Shown here piece by piece: positions 9,589 through 18,621 of a DNA stretch of 64,000 nt; the stretch's first letter is position 1; the number at the start of each line of letters is the position of its first letter. The position numbers were made by a program, and so were the translations under genes. The notes under the pieces are model-generated. The model worked only from the letters and a program-made list of their open reading frames with translations. It was not told the DNA's origin and made no database searches. The DNA comes from a virus (Duplodnaviria > Caudoviricetes): the IMG/VR virus record IMGVR_UViG_3300013108_000151, positions 882 to 64,881 of that record; one strand, 5' to 3'.

Positions 9589-12243
9589 CTATTCAAAATC
9601 AAACAACGAATCAAATGTTGTTGACATATTTGTATCACTTTCTAAATCCCAATCTAGTACACCTAGTAAGTTATCTACTTTACTTGTTATTACACTTTGT
9701 TCCATTTCAGCATCGTTAAATGGTAACTCTTTAAACCATTGTGGCAAGTGTAGTTGATCTGTTGGATATGCTACACTTACAAAGCCTAATGGATTTGGTT
9801 TCAGTTTACAAACAATTACTTTTTGCCCATCCATAATTTGTTCACTGTACTTGTCGTGATTCATTCTACACAAAGTATTCCAGTTCATACTTGCTCTAAC
9901 ATGCCCTGGCATATTTGTTTTACCTTCACGTCTTTCTGCTTCAGTAAACTTTGTTAAATTATTACAACGTTTGGGTGAACCTTTTTCCCAAGCAGGCCTG
10001 TGTTTAAAGTCTTGCTTAAAGTTTTTAATTTTCTCAACAACTTGTTCTCTGTCGTCGCCTGTAAGTACACCTAGTAAAATATCACTTAAAAAGTCTTGTA
10101 TTACTTTTGGTGTGTCACTACGTTTTAAGTCTAAGCCCATTGCTTTTACTTTGCCTGGCTTGCCATGTTGATCTAAACGTGTTCCTTCTAAATCATATAT
10201 TAATGCCGCATAACGTTTCTTAGTAATATACAAACCTTTTTCAGCAACTATTTCTCTGCCACCTTGTATAATCTCACCATTAGAGCGAGGGCAGTTAAAG
10301 GCTTCCTTCATATGCTTTGGAAACTCTACGTTCATCCTTTCAGATATGTTGTCATATAGTTTAACAGCCATATCTTTACCCCATTCCATTTCACCTTTTT
10401 CAACAGCATCTTTAATTACTGGCCAAGCACTAAAATATACAGAGTCTGTATCACCATATATAATACTCTCACCTCTATGATCAAACTCACCTGTTATCAT
10501 TTCATTAGTCTTAGCACTCATAAACTTAGCAATAGTTCTACCTGTTAGTGTTGTACTCTGTCCAATACGTTTATCAAAGAATCTACAACCTGGATTAAGA
10601 ATAGCACCATACAAACTATTTAGGTTAATCTTTTTAACAAGTTGCCTTTTGTCAAAGAATGCTTTTTCAGCCGGAGTAGTTGCTGATGATTTAAGTTTTT
10701 GTATATCTTGTCTTTCCTTGTACCAACGTTCAAGTAGTCCTGGAATAATACCTTTTTGTTCATTTGTAAATATTGTACCATTAGCACTTAGTATCCATGG
10801 TTTGCCTTCTAAGAATATCTTCTTATAGATTTGAGCACCTGTTAATATTTCATTAGGAGCATTTTCCCATTCAACAACAATCTCATCTACTTTGTCTTGG
10901 TCCATAACCATTTGATATTCTGTGCTACCAAACTTGCCCTCCCATGCTTCAGCAAATGATTTCTTCTTTCCCATTGCCTCATTAACATGAGCGTCATTAT
11001 AATCAGGTCTAAGTTGTCCTACGATAGTTGCTGGATCCATATTCAATGCTCTAATGGCACTTGGATATAGCGAATTAATATCAATAGCACCAATCCAGTC
11101 ATGTAGTCCTTTCTTAGGATAAGCCACATAAGCACCAGCGGCCTGTGTATTACCTTCGTGCTTACGTCTATCTGGAACTACAAAGCCTTGTTCGTGTGCT
11201 TCATTGATAATTGCTTGTTCTGTAACAGCAACAGCACCCATTGTTGTTTGTATTAAAACAGTATTAGCATGAGCAAGTTCGTTGCTTAGATCAGCAAATT
11301 TAAGTTTCTCATCTAGTTTGTTAAGTAGCATTGTATCTTGTCTAGAATATTCAATAAACTTTTCCCAGTCGTTATTATATAATTGATCTAATGTTCCTGT
11401 GTACGGAACTTTTTGATCACCTAATTCATATTCACTAATCGCATCTAAAGAATAAGAATGCATCTCATGGTAGGTGTATTTTCGATACAGTTGCATATAG
11501 TCCATGTGTACACGGCCTATTAAATCAAATGTAATTTGTTCCTTACCAAATCTTTCAAACTTACGTTCTTTTGGAAACTGCCCAAACAAACAAAAACGCC
11601 TTGTGTCGTCTTTACTTAATACACGTTTAACTCTGTTAACCATGTACGGAATATCATAACCTTCACTATTCCAACCACTTAATACATCAGCATCTTCTAT
11701 TAAGTCTAAAAACGATTTAAGAAGATCTTCTTCTTTATCAAATACAAATGTGTTATCAAACTTACTAACAATTTTATCAACTTCTTCTTTAGACATTCCT
11801 TTAGGCGGAACTAATAGTGTAACTAGTTGCTCTGCCCATTGTAAATATATAGAAATTGCTGTTACAGGATTAAACGGATCTTCTGGAGGACTAAAGCCTC
11901 TGCTAACATCAAAGTCTACCTCAATATCAAAAAATGCTATTTGTAGTTTAGGAGCATTTTGACCTAAGTAGTTTTCTTCCAAACATCTAAACACAGGATT
12001 CATATCTGATTCATATGTTTTAACATTTACATGAAGTGCTTTCTCTCGTCTAAAATCTTTGTTACTACGACATTGAATCCTGCTCACAGGATTACCGTAT
12101 ATACTTTTAAACTTACCCTTGGGGTCGTCATAGTACATTACATACTTTGCCTGATGCTCGTAATATTGTCGTTGTTGATTTTTATCTCGCTCAACGATGT
12201 GGATTCTATCTCGTTGTCGATCAAAGAAAGCGTCTACATACAT
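9589..12243 (-). CDS. family B DNA polymerase (T4 gp43-like)
   Basis: FFDIE exonuclease, DINSLYPS, KKINLNSLYG, YGDTDS. Confidence 0.97.
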   Translation of the reverse strand: MYVDAFFDRQRDRIHIVERDKNQQRQYYEHQAKYVMYYDDPKGKFKSIYGNPVSRIQCRSNKDFRREKALHVNVKTYESDMNPVFRCLEENYLGQNAPKLQIAFFDIEVDFDVSRGFSPPEDPFNPVTAISIYLQWAEQLVTLLVPPKGMSKEEVDKIVSKFDNTFVFDKEEDLLKSFLDLIEDADVLSGWNSEGYDIPYMVNRVKRVLSKDDTRRFCLFGQFPKERKFERFGKEQITFDLIGRVHMDYMQLYRKYTYHEMHSYSLDAISEYELGDQKVPYTGTLDQLYNNDWEKFIEYSRQDTMLLNKLDEKLKFADLSNELAHANTVLIQTTMGAVAVTEQAIINEAHEQGFVVPDRRKHEGNTQAAGAYVAYPKKGLHDWIGAIDINSLYPSAIRALNMDPATIVGQLRPDYNDAHVNEAMGKKKSFAEAWEGKFGSTEYQMVMDQDKVDEIVVEWENAPNEILTGAQIYKKIFLEGKPWILSANGTIFTNEQKGIIPGLLERWYKERQDIQKLKSSATTPAEKAFFDKRQLVKKINLNSLYGAILNPGCRFFDKRIGQSTTLTGRTIAKFMSAKTNEMITGEFDHRGESIIYGDTDSVYFSAWPVIKDAVEKGEMEWGKDMAVKLYDNISERMNVEFPKHMKEAFNCPRSNGEIIQGGREIVAEKGLYITKKRYAALIYDLEGTRLDQHGKPGKVKAMGLDLKRSDTPKVIQDFLSDILLGVLTGDDREQVVEKIKNFKQDFKHRPAWEKGSPKRCNNLTKFTEAERREGKTNMPGHVRASMNWNTLCRMNHDKYSEQIMDGQKVIVCKLKPNPLGFVSVAYPTDQLHLPQWFKELPFNDAEMEQSVITSKVDNLLGVLDWDLESDTNMSTTFDSLFDFE

Positions 12244-12271
12244 TAATGTCTGCTCCTATTATAATAATTAT

Positions 12272-12553
12272 CTAAACCCATGCCATGGCTACTAAGAATC
12301 CGAATACGTTAACACATACAAACCATCCAGTTAGTAGCATTACCCATGCCGCCCCTCTTCGAAATGAAGCATAGCATTGAGTAGTTGACCCAATAAAAAA
12401 TAGCGGGTATATTAATCTTAAATCTGGGTCTAATGCTGTTAAGGCCAATGACAAACTAGCCGCAACAGTAAATATAAAACTTACAAGTTCAAACCCAAAT
12501 GCTATTTTGTCACTGGTATATGAGTTAATCCAGAACCTTTTTATATTTTCCAT
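12272..12553 (-). CDS. small multi-pass membrane protein
   Basis: three hydrophobic segments. Confidence 0.65.
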   Translation of the reverse strand: MENIKRFWINSYTSDKIAFGFELVSFIFTVAASLSLALTALDPDLRLIYPLFFIGSTTQCYASFRRGAAWVMLLTGWFVCVNVFGFLVAMAWV

Positions 12554-12813
12554 TAGGCACGACCGACTGTTGCTAGAATAGTTTCTAGCAAGTCTTGGTC
12601 TGTACTAACCTCGCTAAAGTTTCCTTTGTGTGCTGTTCTAATTGCTTTTTTAAGTACAGCAGGTTTGATTTCGAATTCTTCAGCAATGGCTTTAACTGTT
12701 TCGTTTAAGCCAGCATTTAAATCTTCTACTTCCTGCATTACTGTCATGCCCTCATTAATAATTTGGGTTAATTTGAGTTTTTCGTCTTGATTGAATACTC
12801 TATCAGATGTCAT
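12553..12813 (-). CDS. dsDNA-binding protein (T4 DsbA/GapR-like)
   Basis: 86-aa helical protein, VKAIAEEFEIKPAVLKKAI. Confidence 0.6.
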   Translation of the reverse strand: MTSDRVFNQDEKLKLTQIINEGMTVMQEVEDLNAGLNETVKAIAEEFEIKPAVLKKAIRTAHKGNFSEVSTDQDLLETILATVGRA

Positions 12814-12853
12814 TATATTTCTCCTTAAGGTTATTTTAGTTATAACTCATTAC

Positions 12854-12882
12854 ATTATACTACCACTTTCTGTAGAAGTCAA
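12854..12882 (-). promoter_or_regulatory. sigma70-type promoter of polymerase operon
   Basis: TTGACT-17nt-TATAAT. Confidence 0.75.
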
Positions 12883-12902
12883 GTTCTTTTGTAGATAATT
12901 AC

Positions 12903-13775
12903 ATGTATAAATCAAATGGAGAATTATACATGAGTTTAAATATTGATGACTTTGGAAAGTTCAAAATCATACAAGATGATGGAAATTGGGTAGATAAAAA
13001 TAGATTCATTTCTGTTATTGATTATTGGGCAAACTATTTTAATACAATGTCAGTATCAGGAACAGTTATACACAACGCTGGTGATCAACCAGATGTTAAA
13101 TATGATCTTAGTAAAAAACTTATAGCAATTAAAGGCCATACAGGAATTAATACATTGGCTATTGTGTTCGCCGCGGCTAAATGCGGCCATACCCTCTATT
13201 TTGATAATGCTAATAATTTAACTAAAGCATGGTATAACAAAGTTAAGCCTAATGTACTAATGGTCGGCGATGGAGACATGTGTATGGAAGGCGGAAGATA
13301 CACAAGTGGCGAAGGCTGTGTACGTTTGCTGTTTACTAGAAGATTTGAAGGCCTCACTAGCAGGTACATATATCCAAATAAAAAAGTGGCAGGAACCCAT
13401 GTTTTAATTCACCATAAAGATAAAAAAGAAAGAAAAGTTACATTATCTAAATTAAATAAAAGTATTAGCGATTACAAAACGATGCCGGCTGTAGCATACA
13501 TTGAAAATGATACAAAACATCAAGTTGATCAACTAGTAGATACTATTCTTCCTTTAATGCACTCAGGTGCTAAGATTGTATTACATACAAAAATTTCAGG
13601 CTTTGATCAAAGACAAGCACTAAAAGAACACAGACCAGATGTTATATATTGGAGTGAAGATATTCTTAAAATGGTTGAAGATAAAGAAAAGTTTTTAAGT
13701 GAATTAATTCCTGCTCCATTATTCGTCCCACATATAAGAAAAACAAAACAGGTAAAAGCATCTAAAAGTAAGTGA
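12903..13775 (+). CDS. hypothetical protein (weak resemblance to AMP-binding enzyme N-domain)
   Basis: 290-aa lone + strand ORF; LAIVFAAAKCG; no intact adenylation motif. Confidence 0.55.
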   Translation: MYKSNGELYMSLNIDDFGKFKIIQDDGNWVDKNRFISVIDYWANYFNTMSVSGTVIHNAGDQPDVKYDLSKKLIAIKGHTGINTLAIVFAAAKCGHTLYFDNANNLTKAWYNKVKPNVLMVGDGDMCMEGGRYTSGEGCVRLLFTRRFEGLTSRYIYPNKKVAGTHVLIHHKDKKERKVTLSKLNKSISDYKTMPAVAYIENDTKHQVDQLVDTILPLMHSGAKIVLHTKISGFDQRQALKEHRPDVIYWSEDILKMVEDKEKFLSELIPAPLFVPHIRKTKQVKASKSK

Positions 13776-14000
13776 AGTGTGCTACCGTTTCCTTAATTAG
13801 TCCAAAGAATCCTTACATTGTTTGTTTACCCAATCTCGTTCAGGGTAGCACTTTTATGAACGGGTGACGAAAGATAACTAGTATTCCGACGCCTATCAAT
13901 TACTTACTAACACACTCTATTCAAGCCAGGGTGTTGCAACACCCCAAATTAGTAAATCTTTGACCAACTTAACCGATTGGGCTAAATTCGTTGCTCTTCA
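13773..14000 (-). ncRNA. candidate structured non-coding RNA (~228 nt, pseudoknotted)
   Basis: no ORF; several long-range complementary segments; TAAATAC late motif at 14004-14010. Confidence 0.55.
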
Positions 14001-14007
14001 AATGTAT

Positions 14008-14697
14008 TTATACAAGTTGTCCAAAATGGTGCCCTATAAGGCGAACAGTATCAGGACCAAAATGATGAGCGTCTCTGGCATAGTCCCATTCGTCTGTAAC
14101 TATTTTTAAACGTTCAGGAAAGTTGTTATCTAACCAATCAATATCTGCCCAGTTATCTTCTCTAATCATTAGTTTATCAGGTATGAAACTGTATATAAAG
14201 TTTAAACCTTTAGTACACTCTACTATTCTATTAAAGTTGAATAACATACGTTCTTGACATCTTTTATAGTTAGTATCGTCAGCATAAAACTTACCTTCCA
14301 AATTATATCTATGTAAGTAACTAAACATTACTAATACAGTTTTAGGCTTAAACTTATCCACACCCCACTCAACAATATCAGCAATAGTGTCGTTGCCAGC
14401 ACCGTCCATGCCTAAGTTAATAACAGGCTTACCAATGTGTTGCGGCCATGCCTCCCATTCAGGACCACCGTGGTGTTCTGTAAAACTATCGCCAACCGCA
14501 ATTATATCAGCATCGGGATAAGGTCCTGTTTGCCTAAAGCCGTCTTCGTTGTAAGTGTAATCAAAATCCTGCCATATATGATTTGCCCACCATTGAGCAC
14601 CTTTGTGGCATTGTGCTGGACTATCTAAAGGATGTTTGTCTCCTAGTTTAGGAGTATAGGATGTATTCTTACGAGTTGCTAATTCTTCGTTGATCAT
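14008..14697 (-). CDS. SGNH/GDSL-like hydrolase
   Basis: AVGDSFT, NLGMDGAGN, DAHH. Confidence 0.75.
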   Translation of the reverse strand: MINEELATRKNTSYTPKLGDKHPLDSPAQCHKGAQWWANHIWQDFDYTYNEDGFRQTGPYPDADIIAVGDSFTEHHGGPEWEAWPQHIGKPVINLGMDGAGNDTIADIVEWGVDKFKPKTVLVMFSYLHRYNLEGKFYADDTNYKRCQERMLFNFNRIVECTKGLNFIYSFIPDKLMIREDNWADIDWLDNNFPERLKIVTDEWDYARDAHHFGPDTVRLIGHHFGQLV

Positions 14698-14831
14698 ATT
14701 AGTAATTAGTTAGTTAAACTGTATATTACTAATAATGTGATAAGAATGGCTAACACATAAGGCCATTTTGGTTTCGGTTTTTTATATATGGTTATACGTT
14801 CGGTATAAAAGGGCATGAGTTATATGGGTAT

Positions 14832-15254
14832 TTAATTTTCTAGGTCTTTAGATACTTTACTTTCGAAACTGTCGTATCCGCCCCAGTCGTTGTCGTCTTG
14901 ATATTCAACACCCATGTCATCGTCATAATCTGAACTGCTATGAGGATCGAAGTCGTCATCCTTGCCTAGTATTTCATCCATTAACTTATCTTGTATCCAT
15001 TCATATGGATCACCGTCTCTGGCTTTCATAGTACCATAAGGCATATCCCCAGAGTTGCTATACAAGTCAAATAAATCTTGATAGAACTCTGGGTGATCTG
15101 ATAAATCAAAATCTTCTGGGCTTCGTTTAAACAAAGCAACTTCTTTTGGGTGTGCTTGAAGTATGTCGTGTACACTTTGGTACGACTTTTCTTTAATCAT
15201 ATTATCACTTACCATTTTCATGTAAGTGTTCATTTCTTTTACTATGTTACTCAT
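14832..15254 (-). CDS. acidic putative head-internal protein
   Basis: start MSNIVKE; MIKE junction; MPYGTMKARDGDPYEW module. Confidence 0.55.
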   Translation of the reverse strand: MSNIVKEMNTYMKMVSDNMIKEKSYQSVHDILQAHPKEVALFKRSPEDFDLSDHPEFYQDLFDLYSNSGDMPYGTMKARDGDPYEWIQDKLMDEILGKDDDFDPHSSSDYDDDMGVEYQDDNDWGGYDSFESKVSKDLEN

Positions 15255-16029
15255 CAAATATACTCTCTGTCTTAGCATAAGGTTTTTTATTTTTAACTTG
15301 TGCTTTAGTTTTGTTGTTTTGTTCGTCCTTATCCTCAGAGTCCATGCCTACTGTAATGCCATAAGATTCGCCAAGTGCCCCTTTTACTAATTGTGGGTAA
15401 TATTTTTTGTTGATGTTGTGATACATCCATTCACTATCCATAGTGTCTGTGTATCCTTGTTTTCTATTTTTAGCAATAACTAGTTCTACCATTTTAATTT
15501 CTTTAGGTGTGCCAAATGCTTTTGCTAGTAATAAGTTGTTTTCTGAATGATAGTTGTTCTTTTCATTGTCTTTATACAATTGCATTAATGCTTTGCCTTC
15601 AAGGCCTTTAGCATCAAAATCGTCTTCGTTCTTAATAGGTAGTTCAGGGTCAAATGCTTTCCATTCGTCATATGTTAAGTACATATCTGTATCTGGATCG
15701 TAGTACTTTCCTTCTACATTATCATAATAAACTACTTTGCCTGAACGTGTCATAATAGGACCTTCTAGCCCATCGCGTGGTTGATACTTTTCTCTATCTA
15801 TATCTGGAAGTCTAGCCCAACCTTCGTTAGTTTTATGTAAGTAATGGTATAATGAATCTAGTTGCATTAATTCTCTTGGTGATAAATGATCACCTCTTCT
15901 TTTTAATTCATCAAATACAGCAATTTCTCTTTCTAGTTCTTCCCTATTCATCGCACCAGGATGTTTGCCTGATTGTGTCCACGGCGATCTGCTTGGGTCG
16001 ATTTCTTTTATTAGATCTTTTGCTCTCAT
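15247..16029 (-). CDS. modular putative head-internal protein
   Basis: MRAKDLIKE leader; modules separated by TNE, KNE, LGE. Confidence 0.6.
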   Translation of the reverse strand: MRAKDLIKEIDPSRSPWTQSGKHPGAMNREELEREIAVFDELKRRGDHLSPRELMQLDSLYHYLHKTNEGWARLPDIDREKYQPRDGLEGPIMTRSGKVVYYDNVEGKYYDPDTDMYLTYDEWKAFDPELPIKNEDDFDAKGLEGKALMQLYKDNEKNNYHSENNLLLAKAFGTPKEIKMVELVIAKNRKQGYTDTMDSEWMYHNINKKYYPQLVKGALGESYGITVGMDSEDKDEQNNKTKAQVKNKKPYAKTESIFDE

Positions 16030-16031
16030 TT

Positions 16032-16952
16032 TTATTTTCCGTATATCTTTGTTTCTTCGTCCCAGTTAGCAATCATGCTCTTAAGTGTGTCTAACATTTT
16101 TTGTAAATCACCTGTGCCTACTCTATCACCAGTTCCCATTATTTCTTTACTAAATTTGTATCTTTGTTCAATTGCTACATTTAACTGACCTGCTGTTTTT
16201 ATTAGCATTGATTTAGTATGATTAAGTTGACCTTTGTCTAAATCTCTATAATATTCAGTAGTTCCATGTTTTGCTACCTCGTTAGTTGATTCTTTACGAT
16301 GGCGTCCTGTATTAAGTTTTTCAAAAGCATTATTATGAGCATCTTTAAGATCTGATAAAGCACCATGCATATTTCTAAGATCATTAACCATATCTGAACT
16401 ATTATCTTTATCTTCTATGTCTGTTAATGCTAAAAGTGTTTTAGAAACTTGGTTTAATTGTTTTTTTAAATTATGAAGTTGAATACCTTTATAATCATTG
16501 TAATTCTTTTGTGCTACTTCACCTACTGCTTTTTTATTAAACTTTTGTACATCTGGATTTTGTTCTCCAGGTACTACTTTTAATGCTCTTGCTACAGCAC
16601 CTTGTAAGCCTTGAACTGATTTAGACATAGTAATAAGTTGATCATGTATGTCGCCTGTTCCAGTTACCGGTTTGCCTTCCCATTCTTCAGCACTATCCAT
16701 AACACCTAAACGTTTGATGTGCTTTTCAATATCTACAAGTTTGCTGTATAATTCTTCTAATGATTGATATTTTCTATCATCTTGAAAGTCTTCATTTACT
16801 GAATGACAGTCACAACTTGAACACTCTGGGCCACAAGTACATTCTTCTTTTGTGCCACAACCACAACCACAAGATTCAACTACTTTGTTTTTTTCTTCAT
16901 TTTGTATTTGTTGTAGTACTGAATTTATTTCGTGTATGTCACCAAACTTCAT
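16032..16952 (-). CDS. modular putative head-internal protein with Cys-rich module
   Basis: MKFGDIHE leader; VVE-SCGCGCG..CTCGPECSSCDCH-SVNE. Confidence 0.6.
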   Translation of the reverse strand: MKFGDIHEINSVLQQIQNEEKNKVVESCGCGCGTKEECTCGPECSSCDCHSVNEDFQDDRKYQSLEELYSKLVDIEKHIKRLGVMDSAEEWEGKPVTGTGDIHDQLITMSKSVQGLQGAVARALKVVPGEQNPDVQKFNKKAVGEVAQKNYNDYKGIQLHNLKKQLNQVSKTLLALTDIEDKDNSSDMVNDLRNMHGALSDLKDAHNNAFEKLNTGRHRKESTNEVAKHGTTEYYRDLDKGQLNHTKSMLIKTAGQLNVAIEQRYKFSKEIMGTGDRVGTGDLQKMLDTLKSMIANWDEETKIYGK

Positions 16953-17591
16953 TTACTTGTCCTCTTTTTTGCCCATAGCCTTTTTGATTGCTTTATCTTT
17001 AGCGGCCATGTAATCATCTCCGTCAATGTCGCCATCTCCGTCGTGGTCTTTTTTCTTGCCTTCACTCATATCATGATTTTGTCTAAAATATTTTACAAAA
17101 TCTTTAATTGTGTCACCGTCTAAGTAACGAACTAAATCGTCAAACACAGGATGGTCAGCACATTCTAATTCGTCGCATAAATCATAAATTGGATCAGCAA
17201 ATTCACCAACTGCTTCTGGAGTGGGCTCTTCTTCTGCTACTGCCGTTTGTGGAGCAATTAAATCTCTAAATTGACTTGAGAGGTCAGCAATTAAATCTTC
17301 GTCAACTATGTCCTCGCCAACAAGTTTACCTCTGTTGGCATTCTTAGTTGTTCCATCTGTTTCGCCGCTGGGTACGGATTTTGTCTTTTCTCTACCTTTT
17401 AAATGATTAGGTTTGGACTCGTCAATTGATTCAAGTAAATTAGCCATAGCATTTACATCTGGATCGTGATGTTTTTTCTCTTGCTTTGCTTTTTTAATTA
17501 CTTTAATTTCTTTATGCTTTTGTGCTTGGTCGCCAGTTTCGCTCATTTCGTTTAACTTGGCTACTAAACTAGAAAATGAATTGTCTTCCAT
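16953..17591 (-). CDS. modular acidic head/core protein
   Basis: LNE/LLE/IDE/VGE/MSE junctions; EF-hand-like DHDGDGDIDGDDY..KDKAIKKAM tail. Confidence 0.6.
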   Translation of the reverse strand: MEDNSFSSLVAKLNEMSETGDQAQKHKEIKVIKKAKQEKKHHDPDVNAMANLLESIDESKPNHLKGREKTKSVPSGETDGTTKNANRGKLVGEDIVDEDLIADLSSQFRDLIAPQTAVAEEEPTPEAVGEFADPIYDLCDELECADHPVFDDLVRYLDGDTIKDFVKYFRQNHDMSEGKKKDHDGDGDIDGDDYMAAKDKAIKKAMGKKEDK

Positions 17592-18079
17592 TATTTGTCT
17601 CCTTTGTTTTCGTTAGCCTGTTGTAATGCTTTAGCAACCTTAGGATGGTCTGCTAATCCTGGCTTCAACTTGTTAATCTTTTCAGCGGCACCCGTATAGT
17701 TACCACCTTTAAATTCAGGATGATTAGCAATGGCTATTGCCTTTCTTACATCATCATCTGAAAATTCTTGTTTAAGCTCGTTCATACCTTCTGCTGGAAC
17801 AGGAGTTGCTACGTCTATAGCAAGTTCAATATCACTTGGTGTTGATTCTAAGTGATGTTTAACACTTGAAATATAGTCAGCGGCTTTAGTAATTTTAGCC
17901 TGTACCCAACCTTCAAGTCCTTGTGCTTCAGATACATTTTTAAGCATTTTGTGTAGTTCAACGGAGTACTTTGCTAGTTTAAATAAATCTGCTCTAGCCA
18001 TTTGTACTTCGTGGTCTGTTTCCATTACACGAGTGTCCATGGATAAATCTTCTTTTACGATTATTTGTTTAGCTCTCAT
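17591..18079 (-). CDS. putative head-internal protein
   Basis: MRAKQIIVKE leader; LEGWVQAKITKAADY. Confidence 0.6.
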   Translation of the reverse strand: MRAKQIIVKEDLSMDTRVMETDHEVQMARADLFKLAKYSVELHKMLKNVSEAQGLEGWVQAKITKAADYISSVKHHLESTPSDIELAIDVATPVPAEGMNELKQEFSDDDVRKAIAIANHPEFKGGNYTGAAEKINKLKPGLADHPKVAKALQQANENKGDK

Positions 18080-18131
18080 TTTTTAACCCCGAATTAATTA
18101 GTTGTTTAAGTTATTTATTTAATTTATAATA

Positions 18132-18374
18132 TTATCTCTTAACCATTGGACCACCAAATATGCTTGTACCTTTCATATCTAGGGCATTATCTGTTGGTTT
18201 TTGATTCTTAGGTTTAGGATGTTTTGGTGCTTTACCCATTTTACCAGGGACTCCGGCATAACTTTTTTGTTGTGCTTTATTTCCAATAGCAATATGTGGG
18301 TTTACAACAGAAGCAATGTTACCACTTGCTGTGGCGCCTGCTGTTGCTGTTTCTATAATATCTTTTATTTTCAT
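18132..18374 (-). CDS. small putative head-internal protein
   Basis: MKIKDIIE-TATAGATASGNIASV. Confidence 0.6.
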   Translation of the reverse strand: MKIKDIIETATAGATASGNIASVVNPHIAIGNKAQQKSYAGVPGKMGKAPKHPKPKNQKPTDNALDMKGTSIFGGPMVKR

Positions 18375-18396
18375 AGTATATTTACTTATCCATTAA

Positions 18397-18621
18397 TTAA
18401 ATGAAAAACTTTTTTAATAATTGGCTATTAATACTTCTATCAGCCCTACGACTTGCTTTTTTCATCTTTTTTGCTTTTGCCCTAAGTACTTTTAATTCTG
18501 CTCTAGTTAGTTCTGGCCTTGTTGTAAAGCCTAGATAACGTAATGCTCTGTACTTAAAGTTTCCTTTCTTTTTGAAGTTGTTAATCGATACTGTTTCATG
18601 CTTTAGTTCCTCGTTTTTCAT
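18397..18621 (-). CDS. small basic hypothetical protein
   Basis: 74-aa K/R-rich ORF filling the gap. Confidence 0.45.
   Translation of the reverse strand: MKNEELKHETVSINNFKKKGNFKYRALRYLGFTTRPELTRAELKVLRAKAKKMKKASRRADRSINSQLLKKFFI

Noticed and set aside
13773-14000. tmRNA, RNase P RNA or group I intron
   Set aside because: No tRNA-like ends, no GAGGAAAGUCC, no ordered P7 elements, and not inside a gene
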